The translations under genes and the position numbers were made by a program. A stretch of DNA of 61,451 bases, counting the filler. It is 5 parts of 5 records of this genome, joined end to end, with 100 filler letters (N's around TTAATTAATTAA, not from the genome) between each part and the next. Parts side by side here need not be neighbours in the genome. Positions count along the whole stretch, not along the records: positions 29,268 to 56,930 come from SRR20825010_3351; positions 57,031 to 61,451 come from SRR20825010_3360; 3 more parts are not named here. One strand, 5' to 3'. Positions within the stretch are counted from its first letter, which is position 1. Every line of letters begins with the position of its first letter. The notes beneath the pieces are model-generated. The model made no database searches. It had not been told where the DNA came from and was given only the letters and a program-made list of their open reading frames with translations. Below, piece by piece: positions 48,235 to 58,978 of this stretch.

Positions 48235-48888
48235 TCAGCGCTTGCTGAGACGGAACACACTCTCCGTCGCGCCAGCAAGCCCTTTACGCTTGGTAAAAGG
48301 GTGATCTTTTGCCAGCGTATTGGTGAGTATATGTTCGATCTCGTAATCAGCGGAGTATAGTTTCAGTACTTCTTCGTCACTGACATTGAACGGCGGGCCC
48401 TTGATGTCGGTGTCGTAGTCCAGGGTGATCAGAAGTATGCGGGTGCCATCCGGAATCACGGCGGTCAGGTGGTCGACATAATCCTGGCGCATGTGGGGTG
48501 GCAGGGCGATCAGGGCAGCACGATCGTACACCAGCCGGACGTGCTTCAGGTCCTCCGGCACCAACTGGAAAAAGTCGCCGCACCAAAGCTGGAGATCGTC
48601 GTGGGCAAATTTGGTGAAGGGTTCACCCGGGTGAACCTTCGCTTTCTCCTGGCCCTCTTCGAAGAAGTCCTTGCAGGCAACGTCACTCAATTCCACGCCG
48701 ATGACAGCGTGGCCGCGGTCATGGAGCCACCACATGTCATGGGCCTTTCCGCACAGGGGAACGAGCACGGTACCGGTGCCATTGCCGGCGAGCTCTGGCC
48801 AGTGGTCATGGAGGTACTGATTGACGGTGCCTTCGTGGAAGCCGATTTCTTTCTTGGCCCAGCGTTCGTGCCAGAACTGATGTTCCAT
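48235..48888 (-). CDS. tpm: Thiopurine S-methyltransferase
   Basis: FWHERW..IGFH, VPLCGK, YDRAALIAL and GPPF. Confidence 0.92.
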   Translation of the reverse strand: MEHQFWHERWAKKEIGFHEGTVNQYLHDHWPELAGNGTGTVLVPLCGKAHDMWWLHDRGHAVIGVELSDVACKDFFEEGQEKAKVHPGEPFTKFAHDDLQLWCGDFFQLVPEDLKHVRLVYDRAALIALPPHMRQDYVDHLTAVIPDGTRILLITLDYDTDIKGPPFNVSDEEVLKLYSADYEIEHILTNTLAKDHPFTKRKGLAGATESVFRLSKR

Positions 48889-48985
48889 GAGTGTTCCCCT
48901 TTTCGCCAATTGGAGGTTTCGCTCAGTCTAACTTAATCTGGGGCTCTGTTGGTCGGCCAAAAACTTCATGAATAAGGAACGACGA

Positions 48986-49921
48986 ATGAAAGCCGTATTT
49001 CTGGATGCAGACACACTGGGTAACGATGTGGACCTCTCGCCGATTGAGGCAGTGACCGGGGAAATGGTCAAACATCCGCGAACGTCCCCCGAGCAGGTGC
49101 AGGAGCGCATACGGGGGTTCGACACGGTATTGGTGAATAAGGTTGTGCTGTCGCGGGAGCACTTCGAGGCCTGCCCGGAGCTAAAGACGGTTGCGGTGGT
49201 GGCGACGGGGCTGAACAACATTGATAAGGACGCGGCGAAAGACCACAGCGTAACGGTGATGAACGTGACCAACTATGGCCGCTCCACCGTGGCGCAGCAC
49301 ACCATGGCGTTGATTCTCGCGCTGGCCACGCGCTTGGTGGATTACGACAAGGACGTGCGGGCCGGGCGCTGGGGGCAAAGCTCGATGTTCTGCCTGATGG
49401 ATCATCCCATCATGGAACTGGAAGGGCGCACGCTGGGGGTTGTTGGCTATGGCGACCTTGGGCAGGGCGTTGTGGAGCGCGCAAAGGCGTTTGGGATGAA
49501 TATTGTGCTTGGCGCAAGGCCCGGACAGGCAACTGGTGAGGTGGATGGTTACCCCCGGATTCCCCTGGATGAGCTGCTGCCCAAAGTGGATGTGCTGTCG
49601 CTTCACTGCCTGCTGACGGACGACACCCGGAATATGATAGGCGCCCGCGAACTGAAGATGATGAAAAAGGAGGCGCTGCTGATCAATACCAGCCGTGGCG
49701 GCCTGGTGGACGAGCAGGCGCTTGCGGATGCCCTGCGGGCGGGGACTATTGGCGGTGCCGGCTTTGATGTGCTGACGGAGGAGCCGCCCCGAAATGGCAA
49801 TGCGTTGCTGGCGGATGATATTCCCAACCTGATTGTGACGCCACATTCGGCCTGGGCGAGTCGGGAAGCGCGGCAACGGATCGTCGATATTACGGCGCGT
49901 AATCTGTCTTCGCTGGTCTGA
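48986..49921 (+). CDS. D-2-hydroxyacid dehydrogenase (glycerate dehydrogenase-like)
   Basis: GVVGYGDLG, SLHC, INTSRGGLVDE, DVL..EPP and TPHSAW. Confidence 0.9.
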   Translation: MKAVFLDADTLGNDVDLSPIEAVTGEMVKHPRTSPEQVQERIRGFDTVLVNKVVLSREHFEACPELKTVAVVATGLNNIDKDAAKDHSVTVMNVTNYGRSTVAQHTMALILALATRLVDYDKDVRAGRWGQSSMFCLMDHPIMELEGRTLGVVGYGDLGQGVVERAKAFGMNIVLGARPGQATGEVDGYPRIPLDELLPKVDVLSLHCLLTDDTRNMIGARELKMMKKEALLINTSRGGLVDEQALADALRAGTIGGAGFDVLTEEPPRNGNALLADDIPNLIVTPHSAWASREARQRIVDITARNLSSLV

Positions 49922-50007
49922 TTTTCTGACGGTTTTCCCGGGTACGCCCCCTCACTCCCCCCTGAAAAGTTCGCAGCCGTATGACGCGGCTGCGGTTCTT
50001 CCCCGCC

Positions 50008-50070
50008 TAAACTCCCTGTGAAATGCCCCCGATAGGGGCATGCGTTTCACCAACGCTCAAACAATAACAA
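50008..50070 (+). promoter_or_regulatory. Possible sigma28 promoter and A-rich Crc/Hfq (CA) motif upstream of malE-mcp
   Basis: TAAA-N16-CCCGATAG (50008-35) and AACAATAACAA (50060-70). Confidence 0.4.
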
Positions 50071-50083
50071 CAGGGCGATACCT

Positions 50084-51301
50084 ATGATCAGACCTCTCCT
50101 GGCTCTTATGCTTTCCTGTGTTTTCTTTTCTGCACCGGCATTCTCCTTTGAACGCGGTGAATTGCTTATCTGGATCAACTCCGACAAGGGGTATGAAGGG
50201 CTGGCTGAGGTTGGCCGACGCTTCGAAGCCGAAACCGGCATTCCTGTGACCGTGGAGACGCCGGACGATCTCACCTCCGAGTACGACCATTATGGCTATT
50301 CCTCCAAGGCGCCCGATATCGTGATCTGGCCCCATGATCGTTTTGGAAGCTGGATCAATGAGGGCCACCTGCGCCCCATCGAGCCGTCCGAGCAGGTGCG
50401 TGAGGCTATTGCACCCTTTGCCTGGCAGGCGGTTTCCGTGGGCGATCGGGTGTATGGCTACCCAATCGCCATGGAAGTGGTCAGTCTGCTCTACAACAAG
50501 GATTTGGTCTCAACACCGCCCGCCACTCTGAAAGGCGTGAAAGCTGAGCATCAACGACTGAGCGCACAGGGTATTGAGGCCATCTCCTGGGACTACAAGA
50601 ATGTGTATTTTTCCTGGCCAGTGTTCGCCGGATCCGGTGGGTACAGTTTCGGCCTGGAAAACCAGGTTTACGACCTCTCCGATGTTGGTGTGGACACAGA
50701 TGGCGCTGTCGGTGCCGTGGCAGGCATAAAAGACTTGCTGGATTCCGGTGTGCTGTCGGCAGATGCGGATTACGGCACCATGATGGACGGCTTCAAGGCC
50801 GGTCAGACTGCGATGATCATTAACGGTCCCTGGGCCTGGAGTGAGATACGGGACGCCGGTATAAACGTGGGCATAGCCGACGTGCCCACTGTCAGCGGTG
50901 AACCTGGAAAACCCTTTGTGGGCGTGCTGGCCGCGGGGATCAGCGCGGTATCCACCAACCATGAACTGGCCCGTCAGTTCATGGAGGACTATCTGCTGAC
51001 CGAATCCGGCCTGCACGCCGTGAATGACGACAAGCCCCTTGGCGCCGTGGCCCATCTGGAAGTGGTGAAAACCCTCAGCGAAGACCCGTTTATTGACCAT
51101 ACCTTCCGCTCCGCCAGTCGCGGGGAAATCATGCCTAACATTCCTGAGATGAAACGCTTCTGGGATCTGATGACCATCCGCTTTGACGGCATGCTGGCCG
51201 ATGATTACCCCATAGCGTCCACGCTCAAGGAGGCTGCAGGTCGGCTTGAAAGGCTGGATGACATGCGGGGCTGGACACGCCGGCATTACGTTACGAACTG
51301 A
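50084..51301 (+). CDS. malE: Maltose/maltodextrin-binding periplasmic protein (orphan)
   Basis: [38 protein letters not shown] and [12 protein letters not shown] closely resemble MalE. Confidence 0.85.
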   Translation: MIRPLLALMLSCVFFSAPAFSFERGELLIWINSDKGYEGLAEVGRRFEAETGIPVTVETPDDLTSEYDHYGYSSKAPDIVIWPHDRFGSWINEGHLRPIEPSEQVREAIAPFAWQAVSVGDRVYGYPIAMEVVSLLYNKDLVSTPPATLKGVKAEHQRLSAQGIEAISWDYKNVYFSWPVFAGSGGYSFGLENQVYDLSDVGVDTDGAVGAVAGIKDLLDSGVLSADADYGTMMDGFKAGQTAMIINGPWAWSEIRDAGINVGIADVPTVSGEPGKPFVGVLAAGISAVSTNHELARQFMEDYLLTESGLHAVNDDKPLGAVAHLEVVKTLSEDPFIDHTFRSASRGEIMPNIPEMKRFWDLMTIRFDGMLADDYPIASTLKEAAGRLERLDDMRGWTRRHYVTN

Positions 51302-51312
51302 GTGAGCTCGCT

Positions 51313-53049
51313 ATGGCATTCCCCCGATTAGAATTGACCATCCGTTCCCGGGTGATCCTGTTGTTTACCCTGTTGATTGGCCTGTCCGTTGCGTCATCGG
51401 CCCTGGTATACCAGCGCATAGCCGGCATTGGTGACAGTGTTGATCAGCAGGCACGCGGCATCGCCGGCCAAATGGTTGCCATTGATGAGCAGTCCGAGCT
51501 CATTGACCAGCAAAGGGCGTTGGGCAAGCTGTCCGAACGCGTTACGGTCGCCCAGCAACATATGGGTGCGATGCAGTATTGGTATTTTCACGCCGCTCTG
51601 AATGCGGACATGGAGTCCCTGGACAAGGCTCAAGCCGCCTCCGAACAGTTGGTGGGCGAACTGGCTGCCATGGTGGCGGCCGATAGCAGCCTGCAGGCGG
51701 AGATCGCGGAAATGACAGAAACCGTGGAGCAGTACCGCACGCTCGGCGAAAAAATGTTCGAGTTCTTTGAAAAGTCCATGATGCTGATGGGGCGTTCGAT
51801 GGCGGAGGCCGCCCGGGAACAGGCCGTTAGTCTCACGGCTAGCCTCAACGATATCCGCAGCGGCTACCAGCAACGGGAGGCCGTACTCACCGAGGGCGTG
51901 TTGGAAGCCGGAGAGACAGTCAGGCGTGCCAGTGATCAGGTCGCCATAAGTGGCGGTGCTATTCGACACGAAATTGATCGGGCTGGATCGGTCAGCCTGA
52001 TAATGGCTGGCGCGCTCGTTATCTCGGCATTGTTGCTGGGCACGCTGTTCCTGCGTTCACTGCTTCGTCCGGTGCGCAGGTTGGGGCAGCGTATTGGCGA
52101 AATACAGGCCGACAATGACCTGCGGGGCAGCCTCGAGTACCGCAAGAACGATGAATTAAGCGTGATCACCCGCGCCTTTGACCAGATGCTGGCGCGATTT
52201 GGCGGTCTGATCGGTCATGTCGCTGCCTCCACCAATGAATTGGGGGATATGGCGGCTCAGGGACGGGAAAGCAGTCAGAGTCTTGCCGACCAGGTTGGAC
52301 GCCAGCAACAGGAAACCAGTCTGGTGGCGACAGCTGCAAACGAAGTTACTGCCACTGCGGAAGAAGTCCGGAAGAGTGCCAACCACGCGGCATGCCTTGC
52401 CGATGAGGTTGGTGGATTGACGCACAGTGGCGGTCAATCGGCGGATGAAGCCGTTGCCGCCATGGCTAGGCTGGAAACACGAGTGGAAGCCGTGGCCGAA
52501 ACCATCGCCGGGCTGGCCAGCCAAAGCCAGTCTATCGGCCAGGTCGTGGATGTAATCCGGGGCATTTCGGAGAAAACCAACCTGCTGGCATTGAACGCTG
52601 CCATTGAAGCGGCCAGGGCCGGTGAAATGGGCCGGGGGTTTGCCATTGTGGCCGACGAAGTGCGGGGTCTGGCCAGCCAGACGGCGAACTCGACCGGGCA
52701 GATAGACGATCTCGTGTCATCGTTGCAGGCACAATCCCGTGATGCCGTTGAAGCGGTGGAGGCGGGGCGGGAGGAGAGCCGTACAACCGTCCAGCGCATC
52801 CGGCAATGCAGCGAGAGCCTGGGGCTGATCGATGAGAAGGCGGGCGAGATGCGTTTGCTCAACCAACAGGTCGCCCAGGCTGCGGCTGAGCAGAGCGAGG
52901 CTGTCAGCAAAATCGACGAAAACCTGATCAACCTCAAGCGCCAGATTGAAGACATTTCAGACAATGCCCGCGATACCGGAAGCATGACCGATTCCCTCGC
53001 GTCACTGAGCGAAGTGCTGAGAGGAAATATCAGCCAGTTCCGATACTGA
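51313..53049 (+). CDS. Methyl-accepting chemotaxis protein
   Basis: Two TM segments around a helical periplasmic domain, a HAMP domain, and [29 protein letters not shown]. Confidence 0.95.
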   Translation: MAFPRLELTIRSRVILLFTLLIGLSVASSALVYQRIAGIGDSVDQQARGIAGQMVAIDEQSELIDQQRALGKLSERVTVAQQHMGAMQYWYFHAALNADMESLDKAQAASEQLVGELAAMVAADSSLQAEIAEMTETVEQYRTLGEKMFEFFEKSMMLMGRSMAEAAREQAVSLTASLNDIRSGYQQREAVLTEGVLEAGETVRRASDQVAISGGAIRHEIDRAGSVSLIMAGALVISALLLGTLFLRSLLRPVRRLGQRIGEIQADNDLRGSLEYRKNDELSVITRAFDQMLARFGGLIGHVAASTNELGDMAAQGRESSQSLADQVGRQQQETSLVATAANEVTATAEEVRKSANHAACLADEVGGLTHSGGQSADEAVAAMARLETRVEAVAETIAGLASQSQSIGQVVDVIRGISEKTNLLALNAAIEAARAGEMGRGFAIVADEVRGLASQTANSTGQIDDLVSSLQAQSRDAVEAVEAGREESRTTVQRIRQCSESLGLIDEKAGEMRLLNQQVAQAAAEQSEAVSKIDENLINLKRQIEDISDNARDTGSMTDSLASLSEVLRGNISQFRY

Positions 53050-53148
53050 GCCGAAACCGCTAGTAAAAGCCACACAATACGCCATACTTTGTTGTGATTT
53101 GGTATCTGACTGATAATCTGTACAAAACACTGGCAAACAGGACGTTGT

Positions 53149-54471
53149 GTGGCTTCATTTCAATTCAAAGATCGGCTTCAGTCTGCGGAAACCTGGATTC
53201 TCGCCAATCCCAATCCACCGCAACACTGGCCATGGACCTGGCTTTATAAAACCGGGCGTACCGCCTATGCGCTGGTGCGGGACGTCGTTAGTGGCAACCT
53301 GACGCTTCATGCCATGAGCCTGGTGTATACCACCTTGCTGAGTATTGTGCCGTTGCTGGCCTTGAGCTTTTCGGTGCTCAAGGCGCTGGGCGTACACCAG
53401 CGTATGGAACCCTTCCTGTTCCAGTTCTTTCGGCCCATGGGCCCCCAGGGCGTCGAGATTGCCGAGCAGATTCTGGGCTTCGTGGATAACATGAAAGTGG
53501 GTGTGCTCGGCTCGGTCGGCCTGGCACTGCTGGTTTATACCGTGGTGTCACTGGTGCAGAAGATCGAGCGTTCTTTCAACATGATCTGGCGGGTGCCGGA
53601 CATGCGCTCGATGGCCCAGCGCTTCAGTAATTATCTCAGCGTTATCATGGTGGGGCCGTTGTTGATGGTGTCGGCCATCGGTATCAGTGCCACCATTTTC
53701 TCGTCGGCGTTCGTGCAGGCGCTGATGGAAATCGAACCGCTCGGCTCCATGATTGTCTTCGCCACCCGCTTTACCCCATTCATGCTGGTGGTCGGGGCGT
53801 TCACCTTCGTATACGTGTTCATTCCCAACACCCGGGTGAAGCTTCGCTATGCGTTCATCGGTGGACTGGTGGCAGGTATATCCTGGCAGGCGGCGGGTAT
53901 GCTGTTTGCGTCGTTTGTCGCCGGTTCCGCCAAGTACGCTGCCATCTATTCCAGTTTCGCAATCGGCATCATCCTGTTGATCTGGGTGTACCTCAACTGG
54001 ATGATTCTGCTGCTGGGGTCCAGCATTGCCTTCTATCTCCAGAACCCGGGCTCGGTGGCCAAACGCCGCCAGGTGCGGTTGTCGCCGGAACTTCTGGAAA
54101 AAACCGGGCTGGCGTTGATGTGGCTGGTGGCGAAACCCTTCAGCGAGGGCCGGCCGGCACCGCAGCAGGAAGCGGTTGAGCAGCAACTCAGGGTGCCGGG
54201 GGAGGTGACCCGTGGTATCAGCGACAAGCTGATCCGCGCCCAACTGCTGACATTGGCCGGTCGCAACGGCGATTGCCTGGCTCCGGGCCAGTCCCTCGAG
54301 AGGATCACCGTTGGCAGCGTGCTGGAAGCCATACGTCGTGATGAGGATCGGGTTGCTGACCGTTTACCTTATGCCGTGCCGAGCCATCTGATGGAACGCC
54401 CTCCGGAGCACGAATCGGTGTCCTTCGCCGAACTGCTGAAGCAGGAAGGGGGTTACGGAGAAAAAACCTAG
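53149..54471 (+). CDS. YihY family membrane protein with a C-terminal HTH-like extension
   Basis: A.SLVYTTLLSIVP, FNMIWRV and YAAIYSSFA..W.YLNW. Confidence 0.88.
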   Translation: MASFQFKDRLQSAETWILANPNPPQHWPWTWLYKTGRTAYALVRDVVSGNLTLHAMSLVYTTLLSIVPLLALSFSVLKALGVHQRMEPFLFQFFRPMGPQGVEIAEQILGFVDNMKVGVLGSVGLALLVYTVVSLVQKIERSFNMIWRVPDMRSMAQRFSNYLSVIMVGPLLMVSAIGISATIFSSAFVQALMEIEPLGSMIVFATRFTPFMLVVGAFTFVYVFIPNTRVKLRYAFIGGLVAGISWQAAGMLFASFVAGSAKYAAIYSSFAIGIILLIWVYLNWMILLLGSSIAFYLQNPGSVAKRRQVRLSPELLEKTGLALMWLVAKPFSEGRPAPQQEAVEQQLRVPGEVTRGISDKLIRAQLLTLAGRNGDCLAPGQSLERITVGSVLEAIRRDEDRVADRLPYAVPSHLMERPPEHESVSFAELLKQEGGYGEKT

Positions 54472-55508
54472 GCGCGGGTTTTTGCACCCGCTTCCAGGGT
54501 ATCGAGGATCACCTTGCGTACCCGCGTAAACTGCTCCCTCGAGATGTTAGTAATACGCAATACGTCGTCTTCCGGCATATTGCGCTGGTGGGCGTGGCGT
54601 AACACCTCCCGGGTGCCGATAATAATACCGTCGTTCAGCGGGGTGTGTTGCTGCCTCGGTGCCGGCCGTTCCGCCGCCAGAAGCTGGGCGTGGTATTTAG
54701 GCGGCAGCCCCCATTCATTGGCCAGTAGTTGTGACGTGGCCCACTGGTAGCGGGAAAGGGCGATGTGGATCAGCGAGGGTGGCGGTTCCGCCAGCCCGGA
54801 TTCCGTCCTGCAGACGCGCTGCAACTCCCTTCGTAGTGTGATGTAAGAGAGTGCTGGCAGTAGGCCTGCCATGAAATAGACGCTGCTATCCTGGCCCTGA
54901 ATCTTCGCAATCAACTCCGCACTGCGGGCACAGGTGAGCCCCCAGCGCCATACCCGTTGTGCAAAGAGTGCTTCCCGACTGTTCCTGGCCGCCATCATCG
55001 GCCGCATGATGGCGGCGGAAATAACGTTGCGAATACCGTCCATACCCAGAACAAAGACCGCCTGGTCCACCGAGTCGATGGACTGGTCGCCGGTGCGGAA
55101 GTAAGGGCTGTTGGCAATTTGCAGTAGTTGGTCGGTCAACGCGGGGTCATTGAGGATGATCTCCGTCAGTTGGTTACGGCCTGTATTGGCATCGGAGAGT
55201 GCCCGCATCAGCATCGGCAGGGTCATGGGTTGGCGCGGTAATTCGTCCAGTTCACTATTGGCGATTCGCCAGCGCAGTTTTTCCAGCACTTCATCCCATT
55301 GCCCGGTTTCTGAGCGCAGCGTGGCAGGGGGTGAGTCAAGCAGCCAGCAAAACAGACGTTCTTCCAATTTGTCGATCAGGGCCGGGTCTATGTCCGGGCT
55401 GTCGTTTGTTGAAACAACCGGGTTGAGCAGGCGGGATTCAGGTGCTGTTGCGGTTGTTGGTTTGTCGGACGAGAAAAGTCCTGAAATCCAGGAAATAAAG
55501 CCTGGCAT
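54468..55508 (-). CDS. HDOD domain protein
   Basis: DPALT.QLLQIANSPYF, AVFVLG and LA.EWGLP. Confidence 0.88.
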   Translation of the reverse strand: MPGFISWISGLFSSDKPTTATAPESRLLNPVVSTNDSPDIDPALIDKLEERLFCWLLDSPPATLRSETGQWDEVLEKLRWRIANSELDELPRQPMTLPMLMRALSDANTGRNQLTEIILNDPALTDQLLQIANSPYFRTGDQSIDSVDQAVFVLGMDGIRNVISAAIMRPMMAARNSREALFAQRVWRWGLTCARSAELIAKIQGQDSSVYFMAGLLPALSYITLRRELQRVCRTESGLAEPPPSLIHIALSRYQWATSQLLANEWGLPPKYHAQLLAAERPAPRQQHTPLNDGIIIGTREVLRHAHQRNMPEDDVLRITNISREQFTRVRKVILDTLEAGAKTRA

Positions 55509-55622
55509 CCGATGCCTCCGGGAAAAGAATAGTCGCCGGGAAATACATACCCGTACACCGCGAGTATAGAATGAGCTAGCGGCTATGCACAGTATAACAG
55601 CAGGCTTTTTGGCACTAGAGCC

Positions 55623-56852
55623 TCAGAAAACAGAGCCTCCGAAGACGAACACCAATTGGCAGATACCGGCGGCGAAACCCAGGAAGGCGCCCACCAGGAT
55701 CAGTTTGATTTCGTCCTCCTGGAAGCAGGGTCGAAGAAGGTCTTGAAATTCCTCAGATGAGAGGGCAATCATGCGCTCCACCATGATGCTTTCCACGGCC
55801 CTTGCCCGGTCGGTTTCGAACACCGGGTTATTGAAGGAGGTTTGCGAAATTTCGATGGCTTTTTTGCCGACCTGGTTCTTTAGGGTCGCAAAGCCTGTTG
55901 GTCCAAACGCCATCTGAGTCAGGGCCTTACCCATGCCGGCGGTTTCGTCCACCAGGGGTTTAATGTGTTTTTTGACCATGTTGCGGGCCCGGTCGCCCTT
56001 TGGGCCCTCCAGTATGGCGTTGATGATGTTGCCAACCGTGAGTATTTCGTGGGTGACGATGTGGCAGAAGGATTCGGCGACTTCCTGCTGGCGTTTGAGG
56101 AACAGTCCCTGGAATCGGAAAGGGCCGACTTTCTTTTCGTGCAAGGGCCGGAAGATCACGTTCAGCGCGATCCAGTTGGTCGCCCAACCCACCATCAGAC
56201 CGAAGAAAGGCAGTACCCACCAACTTTGGTAGAAATACCAGACGGTCATCTGAACCAGGCCGAACAGGAAGCCGAAATAGAAGCCGGAGTTGATGATGAA
56301 ACGGAATTCCACTTCCCCGCACTCGATGAAGATCCGGTTCAGCAGCCGTTTGTCCTTGGCCAGGCGTTCGATGACCATGCTTTTGATGTCGAGCAGGTCT
56401 TCGATGTTGTCGGAAACGTCACCCACCAGGTTGTCCACCAGTTGCGGGGTGGACTTACGTACCCGGTCGTAGACCATGTTCCTGGCTGAGGAGGGCAGGT
56501 TTTCCCAGAAGGTGGGGTATTCCTTGAGCATCAGTTCGTCGACGTATTCTTCGGTGCGGGGTTCGACCGTGTAGAGGATGTGGGCTGCCAGTACCTGGGG
56601 GTCGATTTGCTGGAAAATTTCCTGCACGGTGCCAATCTTGGAGATGGTGGCGTCGACGCTGATGGCGGCCATTTTTCGGGCCTTTGAGGGGATGATGCCC
56701 TGCCAGCCCAGTAGCGGAGGCTTGCCGACGAATTCCAGCGGGTAGAAGGTCATTTTGATGGCCAGCCAGTTCGTGGTCCAGCCGATCAGGGCGGCAATGA
56801 CGGGGATACTGAGGTATTGCCAGAATTCTGGGGTGCTTAGCAGGCTTGTCAT
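55623..56852 (-). CDS. DUF445 family membrane protein
   Basis: IGWTTNWLAIKMTFYP, WQGIIP and the repeated GWATNWIAL..F.P..QG. Confidence 0.85.
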   Translation of the reverse strand: MTSLLSTPEFWQYLSIPVIAALIGWTTNWLAIKMTFYPLEFVGKPPLLGWQGIIPSKARKMAAISVDATISKIGTVQEIFQQIDPQVLAAHILYTVEPRTEEYVDELMLKEYPTFWENLPSSARNMVYDRVRKSTPQLVDNLVGDVSDNIEDLLDIKSMVIERLAKDKRLLNRIFIECGEVEFRFIINSGFYFGFLFGLVQMTVWYFYQSWWVLPFFGLMVGWATNWIALNVIFRPLHEKKVGPFRFQGLFLKRQQEVAESFCHIVTHEILTVGNIINAILEGPKGDRARNMVKKHIKPLVDETAGMGKALTQMAFGPTGFATLKNQVGKKAIEISQTSFNNPVFETDRARAVESIMVERMIALSSEEFQDLLRPCFQEDEIKLILVGAFLGFAAGICQLVFVFGGSVF

Positions 56853-56892
56853 CCGGTGTTCGCTTTTTGGGTTCTGGAGTTTGCTGCATTAC

Positions 56893-56930
56893 GGGGAGGC
56901 CTTTCCAAAACACGCTCCTTGCGGCACATC
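56893..56930. repeat. Start of a probable Marinobacter intergenic palindromic (REP/MITE-like) repeat at the contig break
   Basis: GGGGAGGCCTTTCCAAAACACGCTCC...GCGGCACATC resembles, from memory, a multicopy Marinobacter element. The assembly ends inside it. Confidence 0.45.
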
Positions 56931-57030
56931 NNNNNNNNNNNNNNNNNNNNNNNNNNNNNNNNNNNNNNNNNNNNTTAATTAATTAANNNNNNNNNNNNNN
57001 NNNNNNNNNNNNNNNNNNNNNNNNNNNNNN
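56931..57030. other. Artificial contig spacer
   Basis: N-run with TTAATTAATTAA. Confidence 0.98.
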
Positions 57031-57441
57031 CCACGCGTAGGTCAGCCAGGGCATCGATTCGGTCCAGTGCCCGTACGTGGACCAGTACGTCGCGATCAGC
57101 GAGTCGGTGAGCCACACCCCCGGCCACACCGTGAAGATCAGCGTCCCGGCAAAGACCGTCGGCATCAGCCGCTTGCGCCGGACCTTCAGGGCGATTCGAC
57201 AACCCGCGGCGTCCGCCTCCGCCCCCGGTACTACCCGCCCGACCATCTCATGCTCGAACGGGATCGAGTCGCAGTCGAGCCGGAACGCCTCGCTCTCAAG
57301 ACGAGCAAAGCCCGGCAGGCGGCCCCGCCGCCCGGCCCGCTCCAGTGCCGTCAGCGCCTCGGCCCTCGCCAGGCTCGAAGACACCACCACCCCATCCGGG
57401 CTGAGAGGGTCCGATATGGTCGGTGGCTCGGCGTCAGGCAT
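57031..57441 (-). CDS. Hypothetical membrane protein; 3' truncated
   Basis: GGAGA RBS, RRGRLPGF motif, and TM segment TVWPGVWLTDS. Confidence 0.6.
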
Positions 57442-57530
57442 GAGAATCTCCGGGTGTGAGTGTACCGCCCGGGGTGAATCGGCTGTGGAGAGCGCGTCTC
57501 TCTTGACGGGACCCGGAATCGGCGCAGACT

Positions 57531-58172
57531 ATGCGTGTGGTGAGACGTACAGACGACGATACTTCCCGAGCCGGCGGCGATCGACGCCCGGAGACTCGCG
57601 GCCCACTGAGGCTGGTGCGCCCCGGCGATACCCGCGCCGATCGGTCGGGCGAGAAGCCCGCGCACCGGGACATCGCCACTCCCGCCGAACACGGTCGGCA
57701 GGCCGACTCGCCGCGTCGAGATGTAGCCTCGCCCCGGGAGACCCCCGTCGATGAGGACCGGGCGGCCCGCGTGCGAGAGAGTCAGCAGAACAGCCGGGCG
57801 TGGGAGGTGCGGGCCGAGACAGCCGCCGCGGCCGCGATCCCCGCCCACGACGCCCGCTGGGTCACCGCTGCCCGAGCGTCCCAGGCCATCGAGGGCGGCC
57901 GAGCGGCGGTCCTGCGGCCTGAGGTCAGAGCGCGGCTGGTCACCTCCGCCGAACGGATGGGGCTCAGGCCGTTCGATGCCAATCTGGTGCTCGCGATCGT
58001 GCAGGATGCCGCCCGTCAGGGGCACACCATCCAGGACGCCGACACCATTGATCGGCTCGCACTCGTCCGAGGCCGCGAGCCGACGCCGCGTCGCCGTGGC
58101 GTGTTCGTGGCCCTCTGCCTTGGGCTGTCGGCGATGTGGGCGCTGCTCTTGATCTGGTGGCTCCGAGGCTGA
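57531..58172 (+). CDS. Hypothetical protein with a C-terminal membrane anchor (start uncertain)
   Basis: Ordered core LRPEVRARL...MGLRPFDANLVLAIVQD, a hydrophobic C-terminus, and GC3-rich codons. Confidence 0.55.
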   Translation: MRVVRRTDDDTSRAGGDRRPETRGPLRLVRPGDTRADRSGEKPAHRDIATPAEHGRQADSPRRDVASPRETPVDEDRAARVRESQQNSRAWEVRAETAAAAAIPAHDARWVTAARASQAIEGGRAAVLRPEVRARLVTSAERMGLRPFDANLVLAIVQDAARQGHTIQDADTIDRLALVRGREPTPRRRGVFVALCLGLSAMWALLLIWWLRG

Positions 58173-58321
58173 ACCCACCCGGCCGTGCCGAGAGGCCGCC
58201 TCACGTCTCATCTCCACTCCGCATCCCGATCCGCCATCACGTCGAGGGCGATGGCCGTAGGATCGCGCGATGGTGACCCGTTGCCGCGATCGATCGGCGG
58301 CGGCAGAGAAGGAGACCACCG

Positions 58322-58978
58322 ATGGCACGCATCGAACCCGGCCGCAAGGCCCCCGCGTTCTCGCTCAAGGACCAGGACGGCGTCACGCACAAGCTTTCGG
58401 ACTACGCAGGTTCACCGGTGGTGCTCTTCTTCTATCCGAAGGATTCGACCAGCGGCTGCACCGACGAGGCGTGCCAGTTCCGCGACCTCGGCACCAAGTT
58501 CCGCAAGCTCGGCGCGACGGTCCTGGGCATCAGCATCCTGCCGCCCAAGTCGAAGAAAAAGTTCGCCGACGCCAACGATCTCGACTACCCGCTGCTGGCC
58601 GACGACGCGACCAACGACGAGGGCAAACCCGACCCGAAGGTCTGCGCCAAGTACGGCGTCTGGGTCGAGAAGTCGATGTATGGCCGCAAGTACATGGGCA
58701 TCGAACGCGTGACCTACCTCATCGGTTCTGACGGCAAGGTCGCGCAACGTTGGGACAAGGTCAAGGTGCCCGGCCACGGCGCGGAAGTGCTCAAGGCTGT
58801 CAGCGAACTGGATCGATGTGCTTTGCCTTCTCGGCCTGCGTGCGTTTGTGCGGGAGCAGCTGCGAGAGCAACATCCCCGCGAGCATCAGCCCGCACCCGG
58901 CGTACTCCACCGGCGTCAGCCGTTCGCCCAGCAACAGAATGCCGAGAACCGCCGCGAACACCGCCTCGAGGCTCATGA
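58322..58978 (+). CDS. bcp: BCP/PrxQ peroxiredoxin (3' end reads through into the convergent gene)
   Basis: FFYPKDSTSGCTDEAC, YGVW.EK.MYG..YMGIER and AAGGAG RBS. Homology ends near 58810. Confidence 0.88.
   Translation: MARIEPGRKAPAFSLKDQDGVTHKLSDYAGSPVVLFFYPKDSTSGCTDEACQFRDLGTKFRKLGATVLGISILPPKSKKKFADANDLDYPLLADDATNDEGKPDPKVCAKYGVWVEKSMYGRKYMGIERVTYLIGSDGKVAQRWDKVKVPGHGAEVLKAVSELDRCALPSRPACVCAGAAARATSPRASARTRRTPPASAVRPATECREPPRTPPRGS

Noticed and set aside
49960-50050. Hairpins upstream of malE-mcp as a c-di-GMP-I riboswitch
   Set aside because: The GCAAA..GAAA..GACGCAAA core is absent. They are better explained as a terminator-like hairpin plus a promoter.
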